This document shows positions 33,907 through 46,719 of a stretch of 64,000 nt of DNA, in pieces. The notes under the pieces were generated by a model. It was not told where the DNA came from. It searched no databases and saw only the letters and a list, made by a program, of their open reading frames with translations. The position numbers were made by a program, and so were the translations under genes. Numbering within the stretch: position 1 is the stretch's first letter; each line of letters opens with the position of its first letter. Origin of the DNA: Albugo candida (lineage: Eukaryota); contig JBDOQK010000002.1 in assembly GCA_040437565.1 (NCBI GenBank), forward strand, positions 496,001 to 560,000, read 5' to 3'.

Positions 33907-35025
33907 GCATGACTTGCAGGAACGCATACCTTGTTTGGGAGCAGAGTAGTGGACCCACTGTGAGCGAGATTGAATAAACTACCTGATGCCCTGATGCATA
34001 CATCGAACTACAGCTAGAGATTTGGCTGATTTGTGAGTGAAATCGGTATGTAAATTCGACATAACATAAAATGTGAGCAAGGGTCACAAGCTATGCACGT
34101 TGCAATAATGACTTCCAAACAAACAAGTCCAACTAATAAAGAAGCTATGAATGCCGCAAATCACTACGCGTGAAGCATTGATACGACTTGGACCGGCTCT
34201 ATAGAGGAGCTTGAAAAATCTTAAACGCTGCATGGTACATTTAGATTGTGGGCTTCTTACCGTTTAGTGGGAGCATACGACGATGGTATGAAGGTTTAGA
34301 AGAAAGCCGAGGTATCAAAAGAGGTTGTGTATCTAGCACAACTTAGTCATGAGAGAGGCCTTCAAGCATAAGCTTGTGGAAGATGGAGGATTTATCAACT
34401 CAGATACGGCTCATACAGCAGCTAATAATCAGTCTGCGATTCTAAGTTTCAGATTGTTCGAGAAAATAAGGATGTCACGATCACTGCATAGCAATAGCAC
34501 AGTAAGCAGTCATTGCACCCTTGCTCACGCATTTGTTGTTTGCTACTTCTATTAACATACGCTTCCTTTCATCATGAACTTACCTCGCCAAGCTTCGTGT
34601 TAGTGTTCGTACCGCATAAAAAAAGATGTTAGCGCGAAAACTATTGAAGCCAAACATCTCAACCAATTTATGACGTCTACCTGATCAAAAGTGTGGTACT
34701 TGATCGTCTATTATTCTCTACATCATACACTTGACAGTATATGAATCGCGTCTACCATCTATTCCAATACGATACATCTCTTTGAGCGAAAGAATCCCCT
34801 TTCCAGCCATTGGTATCGAGGCCGCGTCTGGCCTTTCAAGCACACAATAGTGCTTTGAACCGGCACTAAGTACTAGACAAGTATTGGCTGAAATTCCAAT
34901 ATTCTCCCTGAACGCACTCATTAGCTGGATCACAGTATTAATGGTCCCGTGTTGTTGCTCAAAAGGATATAAAATCAATTGACTCTATTATCTGCAACAA
35001 ACATTGCAATTGCATTCATCATATA

Positions 35026-38000
35026 ATGAGAGTTAATGATTCTGATTCTGGTAGTGCCTTTCGGAAAAAGCTTGATTTGGTAAATTTCGGCTTGGAATAC
35101 GTTCAGCTCACATATCACTGACTATACTATGTGATAGAAAGCACCGATCTCTCGTCGATCATTGCGCAATAACCGCTCTCACGCACCGTTTATTCATGAG
35201 ATTAGTGATGGAGAAGAGTCGGAGCATAAGAGAAACTCTCTAAAAAAGCAAGAAAAGTCGGATGATGAATCCGATGACGCCAATCGAGGCAATGTGGCGG
35301 AGGATTCTGATGCAGAACAAAACTCTCGAAGGATTCTTCGCTCACAAAAGAGGAATGAGCAGCAAGAGAGTAGGAAGGAAGGAGTGCAGACTCGTCAACG
35401 AATTCGGTCCAATATTTCCGACACGGATCGTCAATTAATCGTTGAAACAGAGTCTGAAGCAGAAGTGGAACCTCCGAAAAAAAAGCGACAGCATGTTGAA
35501 AGCACAGAAGAAGAGGACGAGGAGAATGCTTTTGTGATTGACAAGATACTTGCGTGTGAGACGCATACGATGAAGGTACCCGCGCTCATCTTTTACTAAA
35601 GAGTAATGTCTCATATAATACCAAAAGGAATGGAAAGAACGTTGTGATCATCGGACCACTCGATTCCTCCAACAAGGCTCTATATTTGTTCGAGATGATG
35701 AGGAGTCAACAAGTCGCCAAGACAAGAGACAAAAGATGAATTCGTCCGATGACATACAAATAGAAAAGGAGACGAGATATCTCGTAAAGTGGAAAGATCT
35801 TTCGTATCTTCATGTGAGTTGGGAAGTGAAACGTCGTTTACTCGATTATGAGAAGAATGCGCGTGGGAAGATTATGCGCTTTCATGAAAAACTTCGGAGT
35901 GGATCCGCCATGCAAGGATCATACGGCGACGAACTTTTTAACCCCGAGTATTGCGTCGTGGATCGCGTGTTGGATATGCAAAAAGAACCCGAGGATGATT
36001 TTTCCTTAGGAGAGGATGCAGAGGAGGCAACAGAGCCGGATAAATCTCAGTATCTTCTCATCAAATGGAAAGCTCTGTCTTATGATGAGATAACTTGGGA
36101 GCGCAAGAGCGATGTCAAGGACGACGAAGCTATTCGTGCATTCCAACGTCGTTCCAATCACGCAGTCCGGCGATACAAAAAGTCAAAACAGATATCGTCA
36201 CACCCTATCAAAGACCGCATCAAAATAAAATTTCGAGGATACTCGACAAAAAATCCCCCTCCATTCAAGTCCATTTCTCCATACACAGCTGAAGCCGAGA
36301 AGTATGAGTCGAATGAACGAAACGATTCCGATACGTTGGAACTTCGTGATTATCAGCTGACTGGTGTCAATTGGATGTTATTCAATTGGTATCTTTCCCG
36401 TAATTCCATGCTCGCTGACGAGATGGGGCTGGGCAAAACAGTACAGACTGTGACATTTATCAATCACTTAGCGACTATGGAAGGACTCCCTGGCCCCTAC
36501 TTGATTATTGCACCCTTGTCCACACTAGCGCATTGGCAACGAGAGTTTTCAAATTGGAGCTGTCTCAATGCCGTCGTATATCACGGCACATATGACGCTC
36601 GAAAGTTGATTGAGAAGCATGAGTTTTACCTGACAGCGAAGGAATTCAGAGATGCGATGCTCAGCATGGGAAAGTATTGGGGTGAGTCTAAAAAAATTCG
36701 GAAACGAAGACGTTCACATGAGAAAGCGCTTGTCCGAGAGAATTCGGGCAGAATCACCCTACCGCCAGGCGCACGTACTCCTATGCAATTTATACGATTT
36801 GATGTTCTCATTACGACATTCGAAATGCTTGGAGCCTCTGACTCCAATCGTCTCTCGCGCATTGATTGGCAGGTCGCGGTTGTCGATGAAGCACATCGTC
36901 TCAAGAACTTTAATTCCAAGTCGGCCAATATTATGCGAAAATCCGTAAAATATCAAAATATCCTTCTTTTGACTGGCACTCCGCTACAAAACAACGTTGA
37001 AGAGCTATGGACATTGTTACAACTTCTTGATCGAGGTCGCTTTTGCTCTAAAGGAGCTTTTCTTGAGGAGTATGGTGATCTTAAAGAGCATTCTCAAGTC
37101 GAGAAACTTCATGCCGATCTCAAGCCGTACCTACTCCGCCGGCTGAAAGAGGATGTAGAAGCTTCTCTGGCACCGAAAGAAGAAACAATCATCGAAGTCG
37201 AGCTCACCGTTCTGCAAAAACAGTACTATCGCGCAATTTACGAGCGGAATGTTGCATTCCTCATTCGTGGTGGGCGGAGAGCGGACGGTCCGAGTCTTAT
37301 GAATGTGATGATGGAGCTTCGGAAATGCTGCAATCATCCATTCTTGATCAAAGGAGTCGAGCAGCGTGAAATGGAGCGATTAGAGAAACAAGAAGACATC
37401 ACAACGGATCAGAAGGATGCTCAAATACGTGAGCTTTTGGTCACAAGCTCAGGAAAGCTCATTCTTTTGGACAAATTACTACCTCTTCTACAGGAAGGTG
37501 GGCATCGTGTTCTGGTCTTTTCGCAGTTTAAAATCATGCTGGACATATTGCAAGACTATCTAGCGCTTCGTGGGTTTAAATTCGAGCGAATTGATGGCAA
37601 CATTACCGGCAATGAACGTCAGGCCGCTATCGACCGATTTTGTGCCACATCAAGCCAGGCTTTTGTCATGCTGATAAGCACGCGTGCTGGGGGTGTAGGA
37701 ATCAACTTGACAGCCGCAGACACTGTCATCATATATGACAGCGATTGGAATCCACAAAATGATCTTCAGGCTCAAGCTCGTTGTCATCGCATTGGTCAAA
37801 CCAAAAGTGTTAAAATTTATCGCCTTCTCACCAGCAAAACGTATGAATTACAAATGTTTCATCAGGCTTCCATCAAACTCGGCCTCGATCAAGTCGTGCT
37901 TGGTGGAATGCAAGACACCAGCAACAGCTCAGTGTCTAAAGAGAAGAAATCTGTGGGGAAAAAACCATCGAGCATGTCCAAAAATGAGATTGAAAATTTG

Positions 38001-41000
38001 CTCAAATATGGTGCATATGACATCTTCAATGAGCTTCGCGATGGACAAGCAGAAGCTGCCAGCAAACGATTTGGTGAGGAAAGTATACATAAAATTCTCG
38101 AACGCAGTACACGAATCATTCACGACCCAAACGCAAATAGTCAAGAAGGAAAACAAGCGTTGATGTCCTCTTTCTCAAAAGCGACATTCATGACATCTTC
38201 CAATGCCAATGATGAAGTTGACGTCAATGATCCGGACTTTTGGACCAAAGTGATCGGTTTAAGCGGAATTGCGTATACTGAAGGCTCCGAAGGCGATACA
38301 ATGACACTGGAAAGAGGTGAACGACAATGTCGGAAAAAGCTGAAATCGTATGTTACGGACGTCGATAATGTCGGGCTGCTCCGTAAGGAAGCAACGTATG
38401 TGGACGAAGAGTATACAAATTCCCAGTCGAGCTCCGATTCTTCGACTTCGGACATTGAATTGGCGGAAAAACCCGTCTCGCTTCCACATATCGAGATGTA
38501 TGGTGGCGTCCGATTTCCAAGATTTCTTGAGCTTCTTTCCACAGAGTTGTTTGCGTTTGGATATGATCGATGGTGTGCGATACAATCGGCACAACCTGTA
38601 CTTGCACGTGTTGATCTGCAAAGGCTTCAGGAAATCTCGCAACAATACATATCCACATGTATTCGACTCGCCTCACGAGATTTTGTGGACAAATTACTAG
38701 CAAATTGGAAGTTGAGTAAACAAACGCCATCCGAGAAGCGATCGTTTCCGTCACCATCTGATGGCGCGAAAAACAAGAAAAACGCGATGTTGAATTCTAT
38801 ACAGCTAGAGACACTCGAAAATGAATTGCAAGTCATTGAAGCTGGTATCAACGCGTTTGGGTCACAATTTTCATTCCTTGGGAACGTGTTGAGAGACGCC
38901 AAAGTTGATAAAATAACTCAGATTGAGCAACTCGAGGGTGCGTTTACTGTGGTTAAGGAGACCGGGAACGTAAGTGGTCATACGGAGAAAGAGGTTTTGA
39001 TGAATTTGAATCAGTACGAGCGGCTGTATCAGCTCCAAGTGATTGTATCTCGTGACATATTTCCACTTCCTCCAATGATCGCATTGCTTGGAGAATTACA
39101 AAAAATTGATGACCCGATTCTGGTAGAGGATTGCATATCGCGAAGATATCTTCCATCCGTATCGAATAGTGCAGCGATAGATACAGTCGAGAGTACATGT
39201 CAAACGCCGTCAGAGAAAGACGCTCAACTTGAGGGCACCACCAAGGGCTCTACTATACCGCAAAGCAATCCCGGGAATGTATCACTAGCCAGTACACCTA
39301 CCGACTCACAAGCACAGCTGAAAGCGCTTGAACAATTGCGACAATTTCAGGGAGTTGGTGCAGGTGTATGCGCATGGTGGACTCCAATCGTGGATGACGT
39401 GATGTTATTGCTCTATCTTTACATTCACGGATGGAAACGTGCCAACAAGGTCACAATCCACGATATACTGACCTCTACACTCTTCAACTGTCGTAGTTCC
39501 AAGCACTCGATAGATACGTGGCCTTTCCTGCTCGTTTTATTGCGTCGAGCACGATCTCTTGTCTCCCATTGGGAACGAGAGCGCAAAAGCATTCCTCCAA
39601 GTCTTCCACCACAAGCCTCAGTTTTGCCCACAACACCCATTTCTACAAGCACGAGTCCTGAAGATGGAAAGTCGAATGAAGGATCGGAGGAAGCAATCAG
39701 AGTCTTACCAAACACATTCGCCAAAATCATCTTTTCTATCGGCATTCCTGACACGACTTTCTGCAATGGCGAAGTATCCCGTCAGGAGAAATGGCGATAT
39801 TTTCTCCACGATCCAATTTTAAGCCGAGTGACTCAGAATATTAGAATCCTAGAGCAAGAAGCTTTTCAACTGGATCAGTTCTGCCGTCACAAAATCGCGA
39901 ATCAAACCTTCGTACCAAGTCGTTCGTTTATGAATGTGAAAAGAGAATGGACACTGAGTTCTATTCAGTGCAGCCGTCTTGTGGATCGCATCGAGTTGTT
40001 TCGCTCGCTACGAACAAAGATACTGCTCCTTCCCCCCAAACATTTGCTATCCATCGTATTACGTGCTGTATCTCGCATTCGACAGAAAGGTGTGATCAAG
40101 TATCCGACTTGGTGGTCTTCTCCAACGCATGATGCGACACTTCTTCAAGGCGTCGAGTATCATGGACTCGGTGTCCAGCTCGTCAATGTTTGGGAGTTTC
40201 CAGCATTTGCCAAATTCAAACAGACAGCCGTATTTCCAAAACTGACTTGGGTCGAGAATTATGCTCGAGATTTGGTGGATGCGTGTTGCCAAGTGATGCA
40301 TGCCATTCGAGCCAGTAATCCCGTGCAACTACGCCAAGGAGTACCAATGAGTGACGCGGCCAGTCGACTGGAACGTACAAGCGATATTCACAATATGCGA
40401 TGCGAAGATCCTCAAGTAATGGAACATGTGAGGAATAGAATGAATGCGGATACGTGTGAGTTTGCGCGGATCAATCTGCTGAAATGTATCGCTGAGCAAC
40501 CGTATCCTATCGGCCAGGTACGAGCAGACTTGAGCGAGGCTAAAGAAGCGCCGGAGGTGAGGCAAGATGAAGGTCTGGCTACTAGCCTGACCGACGACGA
40601 AGGAAATGTGCCACGAGCACAAAGTAGCACTGATTCCGAAGGGGAAGCAGACGAAATACCCAAAGAAAGTGAGGGGGAAGAAGGAATTTCAGGTGGTGCC
40701 AAATCACCGCCAACAAATTCGGAGAAACGCATGAGCGAGGAAAAAGACCCCAAGCAAGGAACCTCACAAGTGGATCTTCTTCCATCACCAACTCTGCATG
40801 ANNNNNNNNNNNNNNNNNNNNNNNNNNNNNNNNNNNNNNNNNNNNNNNNNNNNNNNNNNNNNNNNNNNNNNNNNNNNNNNNNNNNNNNNNNNNNNNNNNN
40901 NCGACGAAGGAAATGTGCCACGAGCACAAAGTAGCACTGATTCCGAAGGGGAAGCAGACGAAATACCCAAAGAAAGTGAGGGGGAAGAAGGAATTTCAGG

Positions 41001-41199
41001 TGGTGCCAAATCACCGCCAACAAATTCGGAGAAACGCATGAGCGAGGAAAAAGACCCCAAGCAAGGAACCTCACAAGTGGATCTTCTTCCATCACCAACT
41101 CTGCATGACCAGTTGACAATCGCAGAAGATTGTCGACAACCGCTTCTTCCGCAAGTCATTGTCATCGATGATTCTGATGAGGAGAAGAATGGACCTTGA
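35026..41199 (+). CDS. Chromodomain-helicase-DNA-binding (CHD6-9/Kismet-like) chromatin remodeller
   Basis: Tandem chromodomains (YLVKWKDLSYLHVSWE; YLLIKWKALSYDEITWE), LADEMGLGKT, DEAH, LTGTPLQN, MELRKCCNHP and QAQARCHRIGQ. Introns at 35080-35137 and 35576-35627. 40595-40801 is duplicated across a gap, and the true end is ...EEKNGP* at 41199. Confidence 0.95.
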
Positions 41200-41364
41200 T
41201 GAGGTGAATTTTGTGCTATTGCAATTGGCAGTCCTTCTGATTGACGGGCACACTAAAAAGAAAGCCACAGCTTTATCATTTGGTTTCCCATCAAACGATA
41301 GAGAGCATTTTTGCTGGGCAAAGGCTCTTGCAGATGTTAATGCATCAATGAGAAAAAATCAAGC

Positions 41365-44088
41365 TCACATTTTGATATAATCGTCGCTGATGGATGATTT
41401 CATCCTTTCAAGCGGTTCATCCCTGATGACGACAGAACTGCCATCGATGTAATCTAAGTTGTATAGATTCGTCAACGCTCTCGAACTGACGCGACGTATG
41501 ACTGATTCGCGAGCCGTATATGGAGTATACGACGGTGAGGCCGCAGGTATGGTGTCACCACGATGGAGTGAAGGTTCAGATTCTGTTAAACCTTGAGCTT
41601 TTGAAGCATGATTCAATTCTTCTATCATTCCATCGCCAACAAACAATAGTCGTTCCACTTGATTGTACTTAACGTGAAAGCCTCTTGTCTCAAAAAGCAC
41701 TCGGACAATATTGTTGAAGCGAAAATATGACAATGAGTACCCGAAAGACTGCAAAACGAGCCGCATGTCATCGATTGTAATAGAGCCAATACGAGAAGGA
41801 TCGTGCTCCATAAATGCAGCATGCAAATCTTCGCGACTCCAATTGTGGGTCTTCATGTGCTCTCTGACACACATGATGAACTCGGAACGTAATTGTAAAG
41901 TTTCAGTCAAATGATCTACCACTTCGCCATAAGCTGCATCATCAAATCGACAGATACTAGATATAAGGATGAAATTCTTAAATATTGGAGCTTGGAGCAC
42001 GAGAACGTTGATGAATAAGGGCAATGGAATGAGAACGACTGGAGCTAAGCCATAACTGTGATAAATCCGTTTCAGCTGAAAAATAATGCACTCACAGTAG
42101 AGAGAAAAGTAGAATGCATTCAGCATCAGCAAAGACATAACCACAAAGTGCCACGCTTTACGGGAATACATTCTTGGTTTCCAAGTTGTGTACCCATCTC
42201 CTAATATGCCAGACACTTCAATACCATTCGCGTTGCTCGATTGCGTCGTCCGTACAGAATGATCAAGTGGCACACGGTGCGCGCTTATTGCATCCGGTTT
42301 TTGTGACGCCGGAAGCCGACCACAATTTATAATAAACAAGAAAACTTTACGCAATAATTGAAATCCGATATCATCATGGATTGGACCGGAGGCTCCGTGT
42401 CCATGTTTGTCGATAAAATTCCCCATTACCTTGCTTCTTTGATCACGAATGATTTCCAGCATTGCAATGGCATTGGAGGTATTCTCTTGTTGCATGGATG
42501 AGGTTTCAACTTTGGCAATAAAATGCAACTTTTTGAACCGTTCATTAGAAATCAAAGCTCGTTTTTTACAAGACAACAGGGAAGTTTCCTCCAAAGTCGG
42601 TGTGTTTATCGGACCCTGATTCTCTTCCAGATCTTTACTCAACGTAAATCTCAAGAGTTCAAGCAACGCCCCATTCAAATACCACTTGACAAGAATGTGA
42701 AAGATGACAAGTACGACACTAAACACGACGTAAGCCAATATTACAGCGTCTTGCTTGCTGGTAATCTCGAATGGGTTTTCTTCCCATTCCTCCAATAGCT
42801 CAAATCCAATTCGAGATGCTACCTCCAGCAACAAAGCAACCATAATCAGACATAACCAGGTTGAAAACTGCACTTCGATCATATGTGAAATCTGATTGTT
42901 CTCAGCATATCGCAGATATTGTGCAAATGGGAACAGTTCTGGGAGATTATATTTTCTAAGGAAAAAGTATCGGAATATTTTCAGCTCCACCACAACAGGA
43001 ATGTCCGAGGTGCTTATACTTTCCTCTTTGTGATGGAAATTACCAGTGATAAGTTCAATCATACTGGCTCGTTTTGTTTCAGCCGAGCGTTTCTCAATGA
43101 GATCGATGAGGTACTTGGTGCTGACAAGATCGCCTTTCTCCAACTGGATATTCTTCTTCCGCACGAGTAAAAAAATGACAATCGACTGAATAACCAGTCC
43201 AACAGCGACGAGNNNNNNNNNNNNNNNNNNNNNNNNNNNNNNNNNNNNNNNNNNNNNNNNNNNNNNNNNNNNNNNNNNNNNNNNNNNNNNNNNNNNNNNN
43301 NNNNNNNNNNNNTCTTTGTGATGGAAATTACCAGTGATAAGTTCAATCATACTGGCTCGTTTTGTTTCAGCCGAGCGTTTCTCAATGAGATCGATGAGGT
43401 ACTTGGTGCTGACAAGATCGCCTTTCTCCAACTGGATATTCTTCTTCCGCACGAGTAAAAAAATGACAATCGACTGAATAACCAGTCCAACAGCGACGAG
43501 AAAAACGATCAAATCTGCAACTTGAAGTCCAATCATCCAATCCGCGTATGGATCCACGCTGAAGATTTCCTTTGCGAGTTTAATGAGTAACCCAACAAAC
43601 CCAAGAATCATGAATTCTAACAGACACAAGTCAGAGAAAATAAGAATTTATCAAAAGTAACAAATTTGAATAAGTGCTCACCTCCAAAAACTTTTCGTAG
43701 CATTTCACGATATTTGGGGTGGCGTTCCAAATAATGGTCCGTACGGTGGAGGAAGAGCTCTANNNNNNNNNNNNNNNNNNNNNNNNNNNNNNNNNNNNNN
43801 NNNNNNNNNNNNNNNNNNNNNNNNNNNNNNNNNNNNNNNNNNNNNNNNNNNNNNNNNNNNNNAGAATTTATCAAAAGTAACAAATTTGAATAAGTGCTCA
43901 CCTCCAAAAACTTTTCGTAGCATTTCACGATATTTGGGGTGGCGTTCCAAATAATGGTCCGTACGGTGGAGGAAGAGCTCTAAAATCATAACGAAGACCA
44001 CCACCCCTGTTAGCAGCTCCATCACGAGGAAGAAGTCAACATTCACGCCGACGCGAAAAAGTGATGATTTGTTTTTGTCTGCTCCCAT
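41365..44088 (-). CDS. MLO-like multi-pass membrane protein with C-terminal EF-hand
   Basis: LELFLH...YREMLRKVFG|EFMILGFVGLL resembles the MLO ELMLLGFISLLL block. FPFAQYL resembles MLO FDFxKY. About 7 hydrophobic segments and an EF-hand-like loop FMEHDPSRIGSITIDDM. Two artefactual duplications lie inside (43025-43212, 43643-43762). Start uncertain. Confidence 0.75.
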
Positions 44089-44758
44089 GACGACGTCAAA
44101 GCAGAAATACGCGAGTAAGCTAATGTGCAGATAAGAAAAGCCAAGTCGTTTGATTTCTGCTTCTTCGATCGCGCCTATATCGTTCCTCTCCAATAGAATG
44201 CTACTTACAGCTTAGAGGTAGCAATGTGGTAAGGGTTAGTCACACTTATCCANNNNNNNNNNNNNNNNNNNNNNNNNNNNNNNNNNNNNNNNNNNNNNNN
44301 NNNNNNNNNNNNNNNNNNNNNNNNNNNNNNNNNNNNNNNNNNNNNNNNNNNNGGTAGCAATGTGGGAAGGGTTAGTTACACTTATCCAGAGCATTAAACT
44401 TCATTCCAATGTAGGGATATCGTGCTTTTTATTCTTATCTGAGTAAGGGTAATAGCAGCGATCGATTCCATGGATCACTATTCGGATTAGTCTGAGCTGT
44501 CCTCAATAACACAATTCAATTGGGCAAGAAGTGTTACGTCAGGGTCAAAAGAGACTCAGACGATTTCAGACCACTATCTTGTAAGTGTAGAGATGAGCGG
44601 AACTTCAAAAAACATAAGGAGAATAGAGCTAGAGTGAATTCAGATACAAATAGGGACACCCACAAGAAAGGTCTTATTTGAGACATGTGCTTATTCAGAT
44701 CCGATCATGATCTCATATTTGATATGTGGCGAATATGCCTCCACTTGCTCTCTACGCC

Positions 44759-46271
44759 TTACATGATTGCACAACGCGAGCCTACGCCACCAGACCCGTT
44801 AGCAGCTTGCTGAGCAGGATCTGCCATATTCTTGAGGGTTCCTTGAAGTTTTGTGTACACTTTTCCAATCAACGTCGGGCACCGAGGATGATGCACAATA
44901 TTCAATATGACAATGTTGAGATTTCTGAATGCTTCTTGTAGAGGAGGAGATACCATATAACGGATGCGCAACAATTGCCAGTACAGAATAACTAGAAGAA
45001 AATTGCGAGTAGGAGTCAGGAGTTCAAGACCCAAGACTATACCAATAGCAACATCAATGCTTGCAGCAACAATGGGGACACGATGATATACTTTTGCCCA
45101 CTTGGATTCGCTGGAGAGAGTTGCAAAAGTCGGGTCGCTGATGAGAAATCCACAAACTGGTATTACTGCTTGCTTATTCATCGTTTGAATGAGCGCTGTA
45201 TTTGCGAGCCCGAGGACTTTGAATAATGAGGCCAAATATGCTGCGACATGGACCACTTCGATGAGAAGGATAGGAATCATGGCGAGTGTGTAGGTTGAAG
45301 ACATCCAAAAGACGAGACAATGGCATAGCGACTGCGTTGTNNNNNNNNNNNNNNNNNNNNNNNNNNNNNNNNNNNNNNNNNNNNNNNNNNNNNNNNNNNN
45401 NNNNNNNNNNNNNNNNNNNNNNNNNNNNNNNNNNNNNNNNTGCGAGCCCGAGGACTTTGAATAATGAGGCCAAATATGCTGCGACATGGACCACTTCGAT
45501 GAGAAGGATAGGAATCATGGCGAGTGTGTAGGTTGAAGACATCCAAAAGACGAGACAATGGCATAGCGACTGCGTTGTTGGGTCCATTAGAATACGTTGT
45601 GCGTACGCCAAGTTGAATTTAGGTATCCCATTCGTAAACGCCAGATAACTCACATAATTAAGCAATGCGACCTTGTAAAAATTTCCGTACGCGATATGAG
45701 AAGGAATTCCAATAGGCAAACAGTACATCATGAAATTGAGTATCATAAAGTTCCGCAGTAGAAATTGAAATGTTTGAAATCGTGCTTTCGCATCGCAAAA
45801 TAGAAACGATCTCAGTGTTGGTACAGTACTGCTAGGTTTTGTGAACGAGTTAGAGGCAGAAGTGTGTTTGCCAGTGGAGAGATTTTGTTCGACCATTTGC
45901 AATCCTTCCAGCAAAGCTACGTTGCTGGAGTCCACTTTGAGACCATCTTGATACGTCCGATATGCTTCAGGGTATCGGCCTAACTGAAAGAGAGCTGCAC
46001 CTTTTCTTGAGTAGCCCTTTGGCCAATCTGGATTCAGTGCGATACACTTCTCAGCGTCTTTCAAAGCTTTCAACCCATCATTGATTTTCAAGTAGCATGC
46101 TGATCGATTACTATAGTACACGTACAATTTGCTTGGACCAGTTGTTGAGCTTCCCTTTGATTCTTCTCGTTCATAAATAGCAATCGCTTCATCAAACGAT
46201 GCAATTGCATCGCGATAGGAACCAGCTGAAAAAGCTTTGTTTCCACGATTTTTTGCTTGCTCCCACGCCAT
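44759..46271 (-). CDS. TPR (Sti1/Hop TPR1-like) - TMEM33/Pom33 fusion protein with C-terminal CaaX
   Basis: KNRGNKAF...YSNRSACY...A.KCIALNPDWPKGYSRKGAAL (three TPRs), then a membrane domain ending ILYWQLLRIRYMVSPPLQEAF...HHPRCP (TMEM33-like) and the terminus CAIM*. 45203-45340 is duplicated across a gap. Confidence 0.8.
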
Positions 46272-46719
46272 AATGAGTGGTGAGAAAATTGCCCTAAAAT
46301 AACGTGTGTGTATGGATTGGTTATTAAAGATTTCTTCACTATTGTGGTATGGTCATTTTATGGAAACCTCGCTAATGTGATGGTGCCACCACTTCAGACG
46401 ATGCAGTCGTCATTGACACTGACTTTCAAAGCAGATAATAGCGACCCTCTCTATCGTTGCTCTAATAATACATCGATCCAACTATAGTATCACAAAATGC
46501 GATTTAGTGTAACCAAACGTAACAAAGTGAATGCTTTTAACATTGATTGAATAGGGGCACTCGGTCATGTAATGTCCGTACTTATACCAAACGGTTCCCA
46601 ATACAATTAGTCAAATTGCTTTGGGCAAAATCCAGCAGACGGAACGGAAGTCCTATTTTTACTTGCCGGCCTTTCCCACTATCTTCACAGCCAATCGAAC
46701 AGTACACAAGTCGAGTGAA

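Noticed and set aside
33900..34980. Short ORFs upstream of CHD
   Set aside because: No motifs or consistent splice structure found.
25660..36120. Functional link between the retroelement chromodomain and the CHD chromodomains
   Set aside because: Different contexts ~10 kb apart; shared fold only.
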